Shown here in pieces: positions 20,614 through 30,603 of a DNA stretch of 64,000 bases. Made by a program: the position numbers and the translations under genes. The stretch comes from Candidatus Latescibacterota bacterium (GTDB lineage Bacteria > Latescibacterota > UBA2968 > UBA8231): positions 3,968,001 through 4,032,000 of the forward strand of contig OZ253462.1 in NCBI GenBank assembly GCA_965261395.1. The letters are read 5' to 3'. Within the stretch, counting starts at the first letter, position 1, and each line of letters opens with the position of its first letter. A model generated the notes under the pieces. The model saw nothing but the letters and a program-made list of their open reading frames with translations. It was not told where the DNA came from and searched no databases.

Positions 20614-21672
20614 ATGGCAGAAAAGTACCGAGTGGGCATTATCGGCTGCGGCAGCATTGCCAACTACCACATGAACGGCTGGAATGGGGTGGACCAAGTC
20701 GAGGTGGTGGCGCTGGCCGACCCAGTGGCTGTGGCGCGAGAGGAGTTCGGCCAGCGGCATGGGATCGCCGAACGCTATGAGGATTTCCGCCAGATGCTCG
20801 ACGCGGAGGCGCTCGACATCGTCTCGATTTGCACTTGGCACAAGTTGCACGCGCCGATGACGATTGCCGCCTGTGCGCGCAAGCCCAAAGCCGTGCTGTG
20901 CGAAAAGCCCATGGCGACGAGTCTGGGCGATTGCAACGACATGCTAATCGCCGCCCAGCGCAATCGCGTCAAGCTGGCCATTGCCCATCAGCGCCGCTTC
21001 AATCCGGCGTGGACTTTGGCCAAGGAACTAGTAGCAGAAGGGGCCATCGGCGAGGTGCGGCAGGTCAACGCACGCGGCGGACAGGGCTTGCTCAACGATT
21101 GCTCGCACCTGTTGGACATGATGCGCTACGTGATGGGCGATCCACAGGCCGTGTGGGTGATGGGCAATATCGAGCGCAAGACCGAGCGCTTTGAGCGCGA
21201 CATCCCCATTGAGGATCGCAGCTTGTGCGTAGTGCAATTCGACAATGGGGCCATCGGCCAGCTTTTGCAGGAATTGGCCGGCCCGAACTACCAAGGCGGG
21301 ATTTTCTACGGCTCGGAGGGCATAATTGAACTCGACGAGAGCAAGGTACGGCTGCTCAACAGCAAGACTGGCACTTGGGAGGAGCGTCCGGGCGAGGGCG
21401 AGGACCCCAGCGTTGGGCAGCAGCGCGAGATCGTGGAGTGGATCGAAGGCAAGGTCGAGCATCGCGGCCAAGCGGAAAACGGCCGGGCAGCAGTGGAAAT
21501 CATCATGGCCACGTACGAGTCGGCGCGGCTACACGAGGTGACCGCGCTGCCTTTGCGGACGATGGCTTCGCCGCTGGAGGTGATGATCGAGGCGGGGGAT
21601 TTGCCGGTAGAGCGCCCGGGCCGCTACGACATCCGCGCCTTCCTGCTGCGCGGCGAGGATATGCAGCCATAG
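20614..21672 (+). CDS. Gfo/Idh/MocA family oxidoreductase (left flank of island)
   Basis: GIIGCGSIA, LCEKPMA. Confidence 0.92.
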   Translation: MAEKYRVGIIGCGSIANYHMNGWNGVDQVEVVALADPVAVAREEFGQRHGIAERYEDFRQMLDAEALDIVSICTWHKLHAPMTIAACARKPKAVLCEKPMATSLGDCNDMLIAAQRNRVKLAIAHQRRFNPAWTLAKELVAEGAIGEVRQVNARGGQGLLNDCSHLLDMMRYVMGDPQAVWVMGNIERKTERFERDIPIEDRSLCVVQFDNGAIGQLLQELAGPNYQGGIFYGSEGIIELDESKVRLLNSKTGTWEERPGEGEDPSVGQQREIVEWIEGKVEHRGQAENGRAAVEIIMATYESARLHEVTALPLRTMASPLEVMIEAGDLPVERPGRYDIRAFLLRGEDMQP

Positions 21673-21764
21673 GACCAGACGAAAATTGAGACCCATAGGA
21701 GAAAGGTGATGGCGGACTCTCTTGCCGACCAGATTGTGCGAAAGGTCGGGCCGGCCGCCAGTCT
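21451..21764 (+). repeat. Direct repeat A copy 1 (gfo 3' end, intergenic, brxF 5' end)
   Basis: Ungapped alignment to 36710-37023, about 20 mismatches in 314 bp by manual count. Confidence 0.95.
21670..21686 (+). repeat. 17-bp fragment of the 2OG oxygenase 3' end at the island left boundary
   Basis: TAGGACCAGACGAAAAT is identical to 45507-45523 and has one mismatch to 46810-46826. Confidence 0.75.
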
Positions 21765-22191
21765 TTATAATCGTCTGGTGTTGGTCGTCGCACCGGCAGG
21801 CGCAGGCAAAACCACTGCGTTGCAGGATGTGCAGAATCGCACTGGTGCGCCCTTGGTGAATGTCAACCTTGAGCTTTCGCGCCGGATGCTGGAACTGACC
21901 GAGCGCCAGCAGGCCTTGCAGCTACCTCGTCTTCTTCAAGGGATAGCCAGAGTCAGCAATAGTGGCGATGAGACCATCCTACTCGACAACATCGAAGTCA
22001 TATTCGACATTAGTTTGCAACAGGATCCGCTTCGGCTACTCCAGGGACTCTCTCGCAATAAGACTGTGGTGGCCGCATGGAACGGCACCATCGTTGACGA
22101 TTATTTGACCTATGCCGCTCCGGGGCACCCGGAGTACAGACGCTATCCGATGCGTGATTTCCTGGTAGTAAGCCCAGAGATGACGATATGA
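21709..22191 (+). CDS. brxF: BREX-3 P-loop protein BrxF
   Basis: [49 protein letters not shown]...[10 protein letters not shown]; first gene of the BREX-3 layout. Confidence 0.88.
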   Translation: MADSLADQIVRKVGPAASLYNRLVLVVAPAGAGKTTALQDVQNRTGAPLVNVNLELSRRMLELTERQQALQLPRLLQGIARVSNSGDETILLDNIEVIFDISLQQDPLRLLQGLSRNKTVVAAWNGTIVDDYLTYAAPGHPEYRRYPMRDFLVVSPEMTI

Positions 22192-22225
22192 AACCAGCAA
22201 ATTCTACTGTAAGAGAGCAGATGCG

Positions 22226-25200
22226 ATGAAATACGGGGACCTGATCCAATTTGAACCTATTGAGTCCGTGATCCAGTTGCGGGACGCCAACGAAGCCACT
22301 GCCGCCCGGCGGCTTGTCGAGACCTACGTCATCTCCGAGGAGATGGCAGAAAAGCTGACGGGCTTGGTTCTTCCCCAGTTGCAGTTCGATCAGCCCACTG
22401 ACAACAAGGGGCTTCTGGTGGTGGGCAACTACGGCACGGGTAAATCCCACCTCATGTCGGTGATCTCTGCACTTGCGGAGAATCCCGACCTTGCTTCCAG
22501 CCTCAACAACGCCGATGTGGCGGCTGCTGCCGGAAAAATCGGTGGCCGGTTCAAGGTGGTCCGTACCGAGATCGGAGCCGCCACTATGTCCCTGCGAGAC
22601 ATCCTTGTGGCGGAACTGGAAGAGCAGCTTGGTGTGCTGGGAGTAAGCTACAACTTCCCCTCCGCCGATCAGGTAGTCGGCAATAAACGCTCCTTTGAAG
22701 AGATGATGAGCGCGTTCCACCAAGAATTTCCAGACCACGGTCTGCTGCTCGTGGTGGACGAACTGCTCGATTATCTGCGTACCCGCAGGGACCAAGAACT
22801 CGTCTTGGATCTGAGCTTCCTCCGTGAGATCGGCGAGGTTTGTAAAGACCTGCGATTCCGCTTCATAGCCGGCGTCCAAGAAGCCATTTTCGATAGCCCC
22901 CGCTTTTCCTTCGTGGCCGACAGTATCCGCCGTGTGAAGGATCGGTTCGAGCAAGTGCTAATTGCCCGTAGAGACGTCAAGTTCGTGGTGGCGGAGCGGC
23001 TGCTCAAGAAGACAGGCGAGCAACAGGTCAAAATACGCGAATACCTTACGCCCTTCGGCAAATTCTATGGCCAGATGAACGAGCGCATGGATGAGTTCGT
23101 CCGACTCTTTCCGGTGCATCCCGATTATATAGATACCTTTGAGCGGGTGAGCGCTGTGGAGAAGCGCGAGGTGTTGAAGACACTCTCTCTGGCCATGAAG
23201 AAAATGCTCAACCAAGACATGCCAGACGACCATCCCGGGCTTACTGCCTACGACACCTACTGGACTAACCTCCGTGAGAACCCCTCGTTTCGCGCCGTAC
23301 CGGACATCAGGGCGGTCATCGACTGTAGCCAAGTGCTGGAGTCCCGCATCCAGCAGGTGTTCACGCGCCCGGCCTATAAGCCCATGGCACTGCGGCTCAT
23401 CCATGCCCTTTCGGTGCACCGGCTTACCACTGGCGACATCTACGCCACCCTAGGCGCAACGGCCGAGGAGTTGCGGGACGGGCTTTGCCTGTATCAACCG
23501 GGTATTGAGGAGTTGGGCGGCGATCCCGCCGCCGATCTGCTCTCTCAGGTGGAGACCGTCCTCCGGGAAATTCACAAGACGGTCAACGGTCAATTCATTT
23601 CATCGAACTCGGACAACCGGCAGTTCTATCTCGACCTGAAGAAAACCGACGACTTTGATGCGCTGATCGAGAAGCGTGCCGAGAGTCTCGATGACTCCCA
23701 GCTAGACCGTTACTACTACGAGGCTCTGAAACGGGTCATGGAGTGTACGGACCAGACCTACGTCACTGGCTACAAGATCTGGCAGCACGAGCTGGAGTGG
23801 CTGGAGCGGAAGGCAGTACGGCAGGGGTATCTCTTCTTCGGCGCGCCTAACGAACGCTCCACCGCCATCCCACCGAGGGACTTTTACCTCTATTTTATTC
23901 AGCCCCTTGATGCGCCGTATTTCAAGGATGAAAAAAACTCCGACGAGTTATTCCTACGGCTCACCAACATGGACAGCGAGTTCCGCACGGCACTCGGAAA
24001 CTACGCTGCGTCTCTGGACTTGGCTTCCACTTCATCGGGGCACGCCAAGTCCACCTACGAGTCCAAGTCATCCCATTTTCTGCGGGATTTGGTGCAGTGG
24101 CTACAAAAGCATACAACCGACGTTTTCGAGGTCGCCTATCAGGGGCGTTCTAAGTCGCTCACCGAATGGGCCAAGGGTAAGTCGATCCGGGAACTGTCCG
24201 GCCTCGGCTCCCATGAGCGCATCAATTTCCGCGACTTGGTCAACACTATCGCTGGAGTTTGTCTGGAAGCGCACTTTGAGGATCAGGCACCTGAATATCC
24301 CTCCTTCTCGGTGCTCATTACGGGGACCAACCGGGACCAAGCCGCCCAGGACGCACTGAGGGCCATCGCCGGCCAAAACCGCACCAAACAGGCGACAGCA
24401 GTACTGGATGCCCTACAACTGCTCGACGGCGAACGCCTCAATCCTGACAAGTCCAAGTACGCTAAACACATCCTCGGGCTGCTCGAAAAGAAGGGCCATG
24501 GGCAGGTGGTCAATCGCTCCGAATTGATCCAGGAGGACAAGGGGGTGGAGTACATGGATAAGGATCGTCAGCGTCTGGAGCCTGAATGGGTTGCTGTCGT
24601 CCTAGCCGCGCTGGTCTATTCCGGCGATCTGGTTCTCGCCATTCCGGGCAAGAAGTTTGACGCCACCGGCCTGCCGCAATTGGCAGGGACTAGCGTGGAC
24701 GAACTCGCGCAGTTCAAGCACATTGAACGGCCCAAAGACTGGAATCTGCCGGGTCTCAAGGCCCTATTTGAACTGCTCGGTCTCACGCCCGGCTTGGCAC
24801 AGCTAGTCACCCAGAACGAGGAAGACCCGGTCCGACAGTTGCAGAAAGCCATTTCCGAATCAGTGGAAAAGCTGGTGCTCCTGCAGCAGAGCCTGCAACG
24901 CGGTCTGATTTTTTGGGACCGGAACCTGTTGGCCGAGGAAGAAACACAGAAATTCCGCGCACGGCTCGATGAGACTAAGACCTTCCTAGAAACGCTCCAG
25001 GTATATACTTCGCCCGGTAAGCTCAAGAATTTTCGCTACGACGCTCAAGAGGTCGCATCTCATCGGGAGGGGCTCGATTCCCTAGCTGAGATCGAATCCC
25101 TCCAAGGACTAGTGGCCGATCTCGGCACTACTGCGTCCTTCCTCTCCACCGCCGAGGCGGTGCTGCCTGAGAAACACGAGTGGGTGAACAAGACGAAAGA

Positions 25201-25951
25201 GGCGCGTGATGAGGTTCTCGCCCAGCTCGGCGATCCAGACCAGCGCGGCGCAGACTTCCGCCAGCAGATCCAGCGCAAATTGGCTGACCTCAAGACGGAA
25301 TATCTACAGGTATACTTGGGGTTACATGCTAAGGCGCGGTTAGGCGTGAACCACGACAAGCGCAAGATCGAGCTGATGAACGACGAGCGGCTCAAGGTGC
25401 TGAAGAAGCTATCTACTATTGAGTTGATGCCGCGCCAGCACCTTACCGATTTTCAAGATCGACTAGCTGGATTGGAGAGTTGCTTTATCCTCACAGAACA
25501 AGAGATGGACACCGCGCCCGTCTGTCCGCATTGTGGCTTCAAACCAAGCGCGGAGCCGACTATCACTCCTACGGGAACGGTGCTGGACGATTTGGACGAC
25601 GAACTGGATAATCTGGTGGCCAACTGGACCCAAACGCTACTGACCAACTTGGAGGACCCGACTACAAAGGGCGACCTAGACCTGCTCAAACCCGAATCCA
25701 AGAAGCTGGTGAACGGCTTCATCGATAAGCGGGTCCTGCCGGATGAACTCGACCAGGACTTCATCCACGCCTTGGGCGAGGTGCTTTCCGGGCTCCAGAA
25801 GGTACCGGTCAAGACCGCTAACCTGCGCGCTGCCCTGCTCTCCGGCGGTTCACCGGTAACGCCGGTGGAAATGAAGAAGCGGTTCGAGGAGTACCTGGAC
25901 GAACTCACTAAAGGCAAAGAGCCCGACAAGGTAAGGATCGTGCTGGAGTGA
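22226..25951 (+). CDS. brxC: BREX-3 large ATPase (DUF6079, BrxC/PglY equivalent)
   Basis: [18 protein letters not shown] start, GNYGTGKSH Walker A, VVDE Walker B, C-terminal CPHC; operon position. Confidence 0.85.
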   Translation: MKYGDLIQFEPIESVIQLRDANEATAARRLVETYVISEEMAEKLTGLVLPQLQFDQPTDNKGLLVVGNYGTGKSHLMSVISALAENPDLASSLNNADVAAAAGKIGGRFKVVRTEIGAATMSLRDILVAELEEQLGVLGVSYNFPSADQVVGNKRSFEEMMSAFHQEFPDHGLLLVVDELLDYLRTRRDQELVLDLSFLREIGEVCKDLRFRFIAGVQEAIFDSPRFSFVADSIRRVKDRFEQVLIARRDVKFVVAERLLKKTGEQQVKIREYLTPFGKFYGQMNERMDEFVRLFPVHPDYIDTFERVSAVEKREVLKTLSLAMKKMLNQDMPDDHPGLTAYDTYWTNLRENPSFRAVPDIRAVIDCSQVLESRIQQVFTRPAYKPMALRLIHALSVHRLTTGDIYATLGATAEELRDGLCLYQPGIEELGGDPAADLLSQVETVLREIHKTVNGQFISSNSDNRQFYLDLKKTDDFDALIEKRAESLDDSQLDRYYYEALKRVMECTDQTYVTGYKIWQHELEWLERKAVRQGYLFFGAPNERSTAIPPRDFYLYFIQPLDAPYFKDEKNSDELFLRLTNMDSEFRTALGNYAASLDLASTSSGHAKSTYESKSSHFLRDLVQWLQKHTTDVFEVAYQGRSKSLTEWAKGKSIRELSGLGSHERINFRDLVNTIAGVCLEAHFEDQAPEYPSFSVLITGTNRDQAAQDALRAIAGQNRTKQATAVLDALQLLDGERLNPDKSKYAKHILGLLEKKGHGQVVNRSELIQEDKGVEYMDKDRQRLEPEWVAVVLAALVYSGDLVLAIPGKKFDATGLPQLAGTSVDELAQFKHIERPKDWNLPGLKALFELLGLTPGLAQLVTQNEEDPVRQLQKAISESVEKLVLLQQSLQRGLIFWDRNLLAEEETQKFRARLDETKTFLETLQVYTSPGKLKNFRYDAQEVASHREGLDSLAEIESLQGLVADLGTTASFLSTAEAVLPEKHEWVNKTKEARDEVLAQLGDPDQRGADFRQQIQRKLADLKTEYLQVYLGLHAKARLGVNHDKRKIELMNDERLKVLKKLSTIELMPRQHLTDFQDRLAGLESCFILTEQEMDTAPVCPHCGFKPSAEPTITPTGTVLDDLDDELDNLVANWTQTLLTNLEDPTTKGDLDLLKPESKKLVNGFIDKRVLPDELDQDFIHALGEVLSGLQKVPVKTANLRAALLSGGSPVTPVEMKKRFEEYLDELTKGKEPDKVRIVLE

Positions 25952-25955
25952 ACAC

Positions 25956-27806
25956 ATGACGCAGGATGAACTGATAGAACTGCTCAACGCTCATGAATGG
26001 CGCGATGTTGAGTTCAAGGAAGCGCAACGCGCCGTGCCGCGAAATGCCTATGAGACGGTATCTGCTTTTGCAAACACCGAGGGCGGTCATCTTGTGTTCG
26101 GCGTCAAGAAGAGCGGGCAGGACATGGAGATAGTCGGCGTTCTCGATGTCGATAAAGTGCAGAACGAGTTCCTGACTACGTTGCGGCAACCCGACAAGAT
26201 AAGCATGGTGGTGGATGTTCGGGAGGGACTGCACAAGTACGACGACTCGGATCTGCTTATCTTCTACGTGCCTGAAGTGCATCGTTCGCACAAGCCCGTC
26301 TTCCTGAACGGGGATATTCGCCGCTCGTTCGTTCGCAGCGGAGGAAGCGACATTCGCTGCTCGGACAACGAGCGGGATCGATTTCTCATGGACGCGGCGA
26401 TGGAACGATATGACGGCCAATCTGTCAATCTTGACTTGAGTACGGCGCTCGACTTGGAGAGCATTAAGTGGTACCGGAGGACTTATGAAGGACGGCCGGG
26501 GAACCTATCCTATGCAACGCTATCCGACACGGAATTCCTCAACGAGATGGGCTTGCTTGTTGAACAGCACAGCCAAGTATCTCCATCGCGCGCAGCTATT
26601 CTTTTGTTTGGCACCAATGCGGCCTTCCGACAACTTCTGCCACGTCCTGTAGTGGATTGCCAGCGATTTGCGCTGGCTCGTGACAGGGCCGATGCTGGTG
26701 AACGCTGGAATGACCGACTTGTGCTCGACGAGAATCTCATCCGCACTTGGCAGTCCCTTGTCGATTGGTACCAGAGGTTCGCGGAAACGCCGTTCCGAAT
26801 TGATCCCACATCTCTGCAGCGAGATGATACGCCGCCGGACTACCGCGCCTTTCGCGAATCAATGGTCAACCTTCTCATCCACCAGGATTACTCCGATCAT
26901 TCTCGTAAGGCGAGTATCCGCCACTATACCGACCAGACCGTTTTCTGGAATCCCGGCGATGCCTTCGCCACCGATGCTGACCTACTCGAACCTGGTGAAA
27001 AGGAGGTTCGCAATCCCCGAATCGTGACTGCTTTCCGGCGCATCGGGCTGAGCGAGAATGCCGGATGGGGACTGCGCGATGTCTTTCGCAACTGGCAGCA
27101 GTTGGGCTACGTTCCACCCACTATTGCCAATATCAAGAGACACAAGTGCTTTGAGCTTATCCTAAGAAGAGAAGAACTTCTGTCAGAGCAGCAGATTCTT
27201 TTTCAGGCAAGCCTCGGCGTACAACTCACCGACGAACAGGCAAGATTATTCGCATTTGGCTGCCGGGAAAAGACAATCACGCTTTCGCAGATCAAGGCCG
27301 TAACGGGTCTTGCAGGACCGGATGCCATAGAGCTTACCGACGCTTTGGTCACAAAAGTACTCTTCAGAACCATCGAAGCCGACAGAAATTACGCCTTGGC
27401 TGAGCATCTGAAGGATCGGTTTCGTCAAACTGACCAAGCTGCTGACCAACCTGATGCACGGGGTGAGGACTTGGTCACTGTACAAGTGCAGCCCAAGCCG
27501 CCCGACTTGTCCACTGCACAAGTTCATCCTTTGACAGAGTTGTCTGCAACACACTGGAAAATCATTGATTTATGCGATGTGCCCCGTCGTCTGGCCGATA
27601 TTCTGGAAGCTCTTGGCGTGACCAATCGAGGTTATTTCAAGGAACACCACCTTAATCCGTTGATTAAGTCTGGGATTGTGGCAATGACCAACCCGGAGAA
27701 ACCCCGGGCGTCGAACCAGCAATATGTCATTACAGGAGCGGGAGCCCAACTAAAGGCACGGCGCATGTCGGGAGAAGATGACCGAAGTAAGGACAAAGAT
27801 GGCTAA
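25956..27806 (+). CDS. AlbA_2 (Schlafen-like) + HATPase_c_4 + winged-helix protein inserted in BREX operon
   Basis: VEFKEA, SAFANTEGGHLVFGV, RESMVNLLIHQDY, RNPRI...ENAGWG, C-terminal MTNPEKPRASNQQY. Confidence 0.8.
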   Translation: MTQDELIELLNAHEWRDVEFKEAQRAVPRNAYETVSAFANTEGGHLVFGVKKSGQDMEIVGVLDVDKVQNEFLTTLRQPDKISMVVDVREGLHKYDDSDLLIFYVPEVHRSHKPVFLNGDIRRSFVRSGGSDIRCSDNERDRFLMDAAMERYDGQSVNLDLSTALDLESIKWYRRTYEGRPGNLSYATLSDTEFLNEMGLLVEQHSQVSPSRAAILLFGTNAAFRQLLPRPVVDCQRFALARDRADAGERWNDRLVLDENLIRTWQSLVDWYQRFAETPFRIDPTSLQRDDTPPDYRAFRESMVNLLIHQDYSDHSRKASIRHYTDQTVFWNPGDAFATDADLLEPGEKEVRNPRIVTAFRRIGLSENAGWGLRDVFRNWQQLGYVPPTIANIKRHKCFELILRREELLSEQQILFQASLGVQLTDEQARLFAFGCREKTITLSQIKAVTGLAGPDAIELTDALVTKVLFRTIEADRNYALAEHLKDRFRQTDQAADQPDARGEDLVTVQVQPKPPDLSTAQVHPLTELSATHWKIIDLCDVPRRLADILEALGVTNRGYFKEHHLNPLIKSGIVAMTNPEKPRASNQQYVITGAGAQLKARRMSGEDDRSKDKDG

Positions 27807-30603
27807 ACATGACGACAGTTCATCTCTGTTCCCGGAAGCCCATACCGCCAAACCGCAGGGGCCGGTGGAATGTCTGGGCATGACCTTTGAAAACGACGAG
27901 ACGCGCCGGGAGTATTTCCTGGGGAAGCTGCGCGAAAAGCTCAAGGACTCGGAGTTTCGCAAGATCGAGGGATTTCCTATTGGTGAGGACGAGGATATCC
28001 TAGTACTGTCCGATCCGCCGTATTATACCGCCTGTCCGAATCCGTTTATCGAGGATTTCATCAAGCACTATGGAAAGCCGTATGATTCAGAGACGGATGA
28101 TTACCGGCGAGAGCCGTTTGCTTCGGATGTGAGCGAGGGGAAGAACGACCCAATTTACAACGCTCACTCATACCATACCAAAGTTCCGCACAAAGCTATC
28201 ATGCGGTACATCCTACACTATACGGAGCCGGGAGATGTGGTTTTCGATGGATTCTCCGGTACAGGGATGACCGGTATAGCCGCACAATTGTGCGATGACC
28301 CAAGTACTCTCGCTGCGCTTGGGTACATACCTAAATCCAATGAAGAGCTTTTTGACGAGAACGGCCAAATCGTCGGAAGAAAGGGGCTTCGAAGAACTAT
28401 TCTAAACGATCTCTCCCCAGCAGCAACGCTTATCGCCGCTGGTTATAACTTAACGAGATTTCCCGAATCATATTCCAAACTCGCTACAGAGTTGCTGAAG
28501 AAGTTCAATCGTGAATATGGATGGATGTACCAGACTACGGATCCCAAATCAGGGGACGTATGCGACATCGATTTTACTATTTGGTCCGAGGTGTTTAGTT
28601 GTCCGCACTGCGCCGGTGAGTTGGAATTCTGGACACTGGCATACGATACCTCATCCGGGACAATAGTTGATAATCCCATTTGCCCACACTGCTCTTCCGA
28701 AGTCTCGAAACGAGACCTTATACGCCGTACATCGAAATACTACGACAAGGCTATTGGGGAAACCCGTACTAGGCAGATTCTCAAACAGGTTGAAATCCAT
28801 TATCGACACCGAGGGAGGAAAAAGAAAAAGTCTCCTGACGAAAATGACCTTCAGGTACTAGCGAAGATCGAACAGATGCTGGAGGAGATTGACTATCCTA
28901 CCGAACTAATGATGTTCACACCCGAAGGCGAAGAATGGGGTGATCTCTATCGAGGCTACCACGCGGGCATAAGTCGGGTTCACGATTTTCACCTTGTACG
29001 CCAACTCGTTGCTTTCTCCATTCTTTGGCGTAGCGCTGACGACCTGCCATCAGAAGAGGCAAAACGCCTGTGGCGGTTTACACTCCAGGGCATCGCCGTG
29101 AGCTTCACGCGGCGCAATAGGTTTTTGAAGAACGCATACTCCCAGGTTAACCGTGCGCTCAGCGGCACGTTGTATATCGGCTCAACTGTAAGCGAGCCGA
29201 GCCCGACCTATGTCCTGACCGGAAAACTGAAACGCTTCAAGAAGGCTATTCCATCTTCGGAACGTGAGACGATAGTCACAACTCAGTCATTGGCATCCGT
29301 GCTCGTCCCAGACAACTCGGTCGATTATGTTTTCATCGATCCGCCATTTGGAGACAACCTCCCCTATGCTGAACTAAATTTCCTATGGGAAGCATGGCTT
29401 CGCGTGTTTACGAAGGCAACGCAAGATGCCGTAGTTAGCGGAACGCAGGATAAGGACTTGGCGGTTTATACCCTGATGATGACCTCCTGTCTGAAGGAGG
29501 TCTATCGACTGCTGAAACCTGGTCGCTGGGTGACAATCGAGTTCCATAATTCAAAAAACGCCGTCTGGACCGCCATCCAAGAGGCTTTGGGAAAAGCGGG
29601 ATTTATCATTGCCGATATTCGCGTTCTCGACAAAGGAATGCTGACTAAGAAACAGCTCAACGCCAACGCCGTTAACAAGGATTTGGTCATCTCCGCCTAC
29701 AAGCCTAACGACGGTTTTGAGAATCGCTTCAAACTGAGAGCTGGAACGGAAGACGGTGTTTGGGATTTTGTGCGTACTCATCTAAATCAACTACCAGTTT
29801 TTGTCTCCAACAACGGTCAAGCTGAGGCCATTGCCGAGCGCCAGGACTTCCTACTCTTCGACCGCATGGTGGCCTTCCATGTTCAACGCGAAGAAACGGT
29901 TCCTTTATCTGCTGCCGAGTTTTACACAGGTCTGGAACAGCGGTTTCCCCTGCGTGACAGTATGTACTTCCTGCCCAATCAGGCTGCCGAGTACGATAAG
30001 AAGCGAATGACGGTCAGGGAGGTTCTCCAGCTTCAACTTTTTGTTTCTGACGAGGCATCGGCTATCCAGTGGCTCAAGCAGCAACTCACCAAGAGGCCGC
30101 AGACCTTCCAAGACATCCATCCGCAATTCTTGAAAGAGATCGGCGGCTGGCAGAAACATGAAAAGACCTTGGAGCTTTCCGTACTGCTTGGAGAAAACTT
30201 CCTGCGCTACGACGGCAAGGGCGAAGTCCCCAGCCAGATTCACAGCTATCTTTCGTCGAACTTCAAGGAACTCCGCAACTTAGCCAAGGACAACCCATCG
30301 CTCAAGGCCAAGGCCAAGGATCGCTGGTATGTACCCGACCCGAACAAGGCCGGTGACCTAGAGAAGCTGCGCGAACGAACCCTAATACGAGAATTTGAAG
30401 AGTACCAGGAATCCAGACAGAAACGCCTGAAGGTGTTTCGTCTTGAGGCCGTTCGGGCCGGATTTAAGAAGGCATGGCAGGAACGCGACTACACTACTAT
30501 AATAGCTGTCGCAGAGAAAATTCCGGAGACGATCCTCCAAGAGGATTCGAAGCTCCTCATGTGGTATGACCAAGCGTTGACGCGCACGGGAGAGGATGGA
30601 TGA
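27799..30603 (+). CDS. pglXI: BREX-3 DNA methyltransferase PglXI
   Basis: YHTKVPH, FDGFSGTGMTG (SAM binding), two CPHC, DYVFIDPPF catalytic motif, C-terminal LLMWYDQA. Confidence 0.85.
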   Translation: MAKHDDSSSLFPEAHTAKPQGPVECLGMTFENDETRREYFLGKLREKLKDSEFRKIEGFPIGEDEDILVLSDPPYYTACPNPFIEDFIKHYGKPYDSETDDYRREPFASDVSEGKNDPIYNAHSYHTKVPHKAIMRYILHYTEPGDVVFDGFSGTGMTGIAAQLCDDPSTLAALGYIPKSNEELFDENGQIVGRKGLRRTILNDLSPAATLIAAGYNLTRFPESYSKLATELLKKFNREYGWMYQTTDPKSGDVCDIDFTIWSEVFSCPHCAGELEFWTLAYDTSSGTIVDNPICPHCSSEVSKRDLIRRTSKYYDKAIGETRTRQILKQVEIHYRHRGRKKKKSPDENDLQVLAKIEQMLEEIDYPTELMMFTPEGEEWGDLYRGYHAGISRVHDFHLVRQLVAFSILWRSADDLPSEEAKRLWRFTLQGIAVSFTRRNRFLKNAYSQVNRALSGTLYIGSTVSEPSPTYVLTGKLKRFKKAIPSSERETIVTTQSLASVLVPDNSVDYVFIDPPFGDNLPYAELNFLWEAWLRVFTKATQDAVVSGTQDKDLAVYTLMMTSCLKEVYRLLKPGRWVTIEFHNSKNAVWTAIQEALGKAGFIIADIRVLDKGMLTKKQLNANAVNKDLVISAYKPNDGFENRFKLRAGTEDGVWDFVRTHLNQLPVFVSNNGQAEAIAERQDFLLFDRMVAFHVQREETVPLSAAEFYTGLEQRFPLRDSMYFLPNQAAEYDKKRMTVREVLQLQLFVSDEASAIQWLKQQLTKRPQTFQDIHPQFLKEIGGWQKHEKTLELSVLLGENFLRYDGKGEVPSQIHSYLSSNFKELRNLAKDNPSLKAKAKDRWYVPDPNKAGDLEKLRERTLIREFEEYQESRQKRLKVFRLEAVRAGFKKAWQERDYTTIIAVAEKIPETILQEDSKLLMWYDQALTRTGEDG
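30504..30603 (+). repeat. Direct repeat B copy 1 (pglX 3' end)
   Basis: Ungapped alignment to 37026-37125, about 15 mismatches in 100 bp. Confidence 0.9.
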
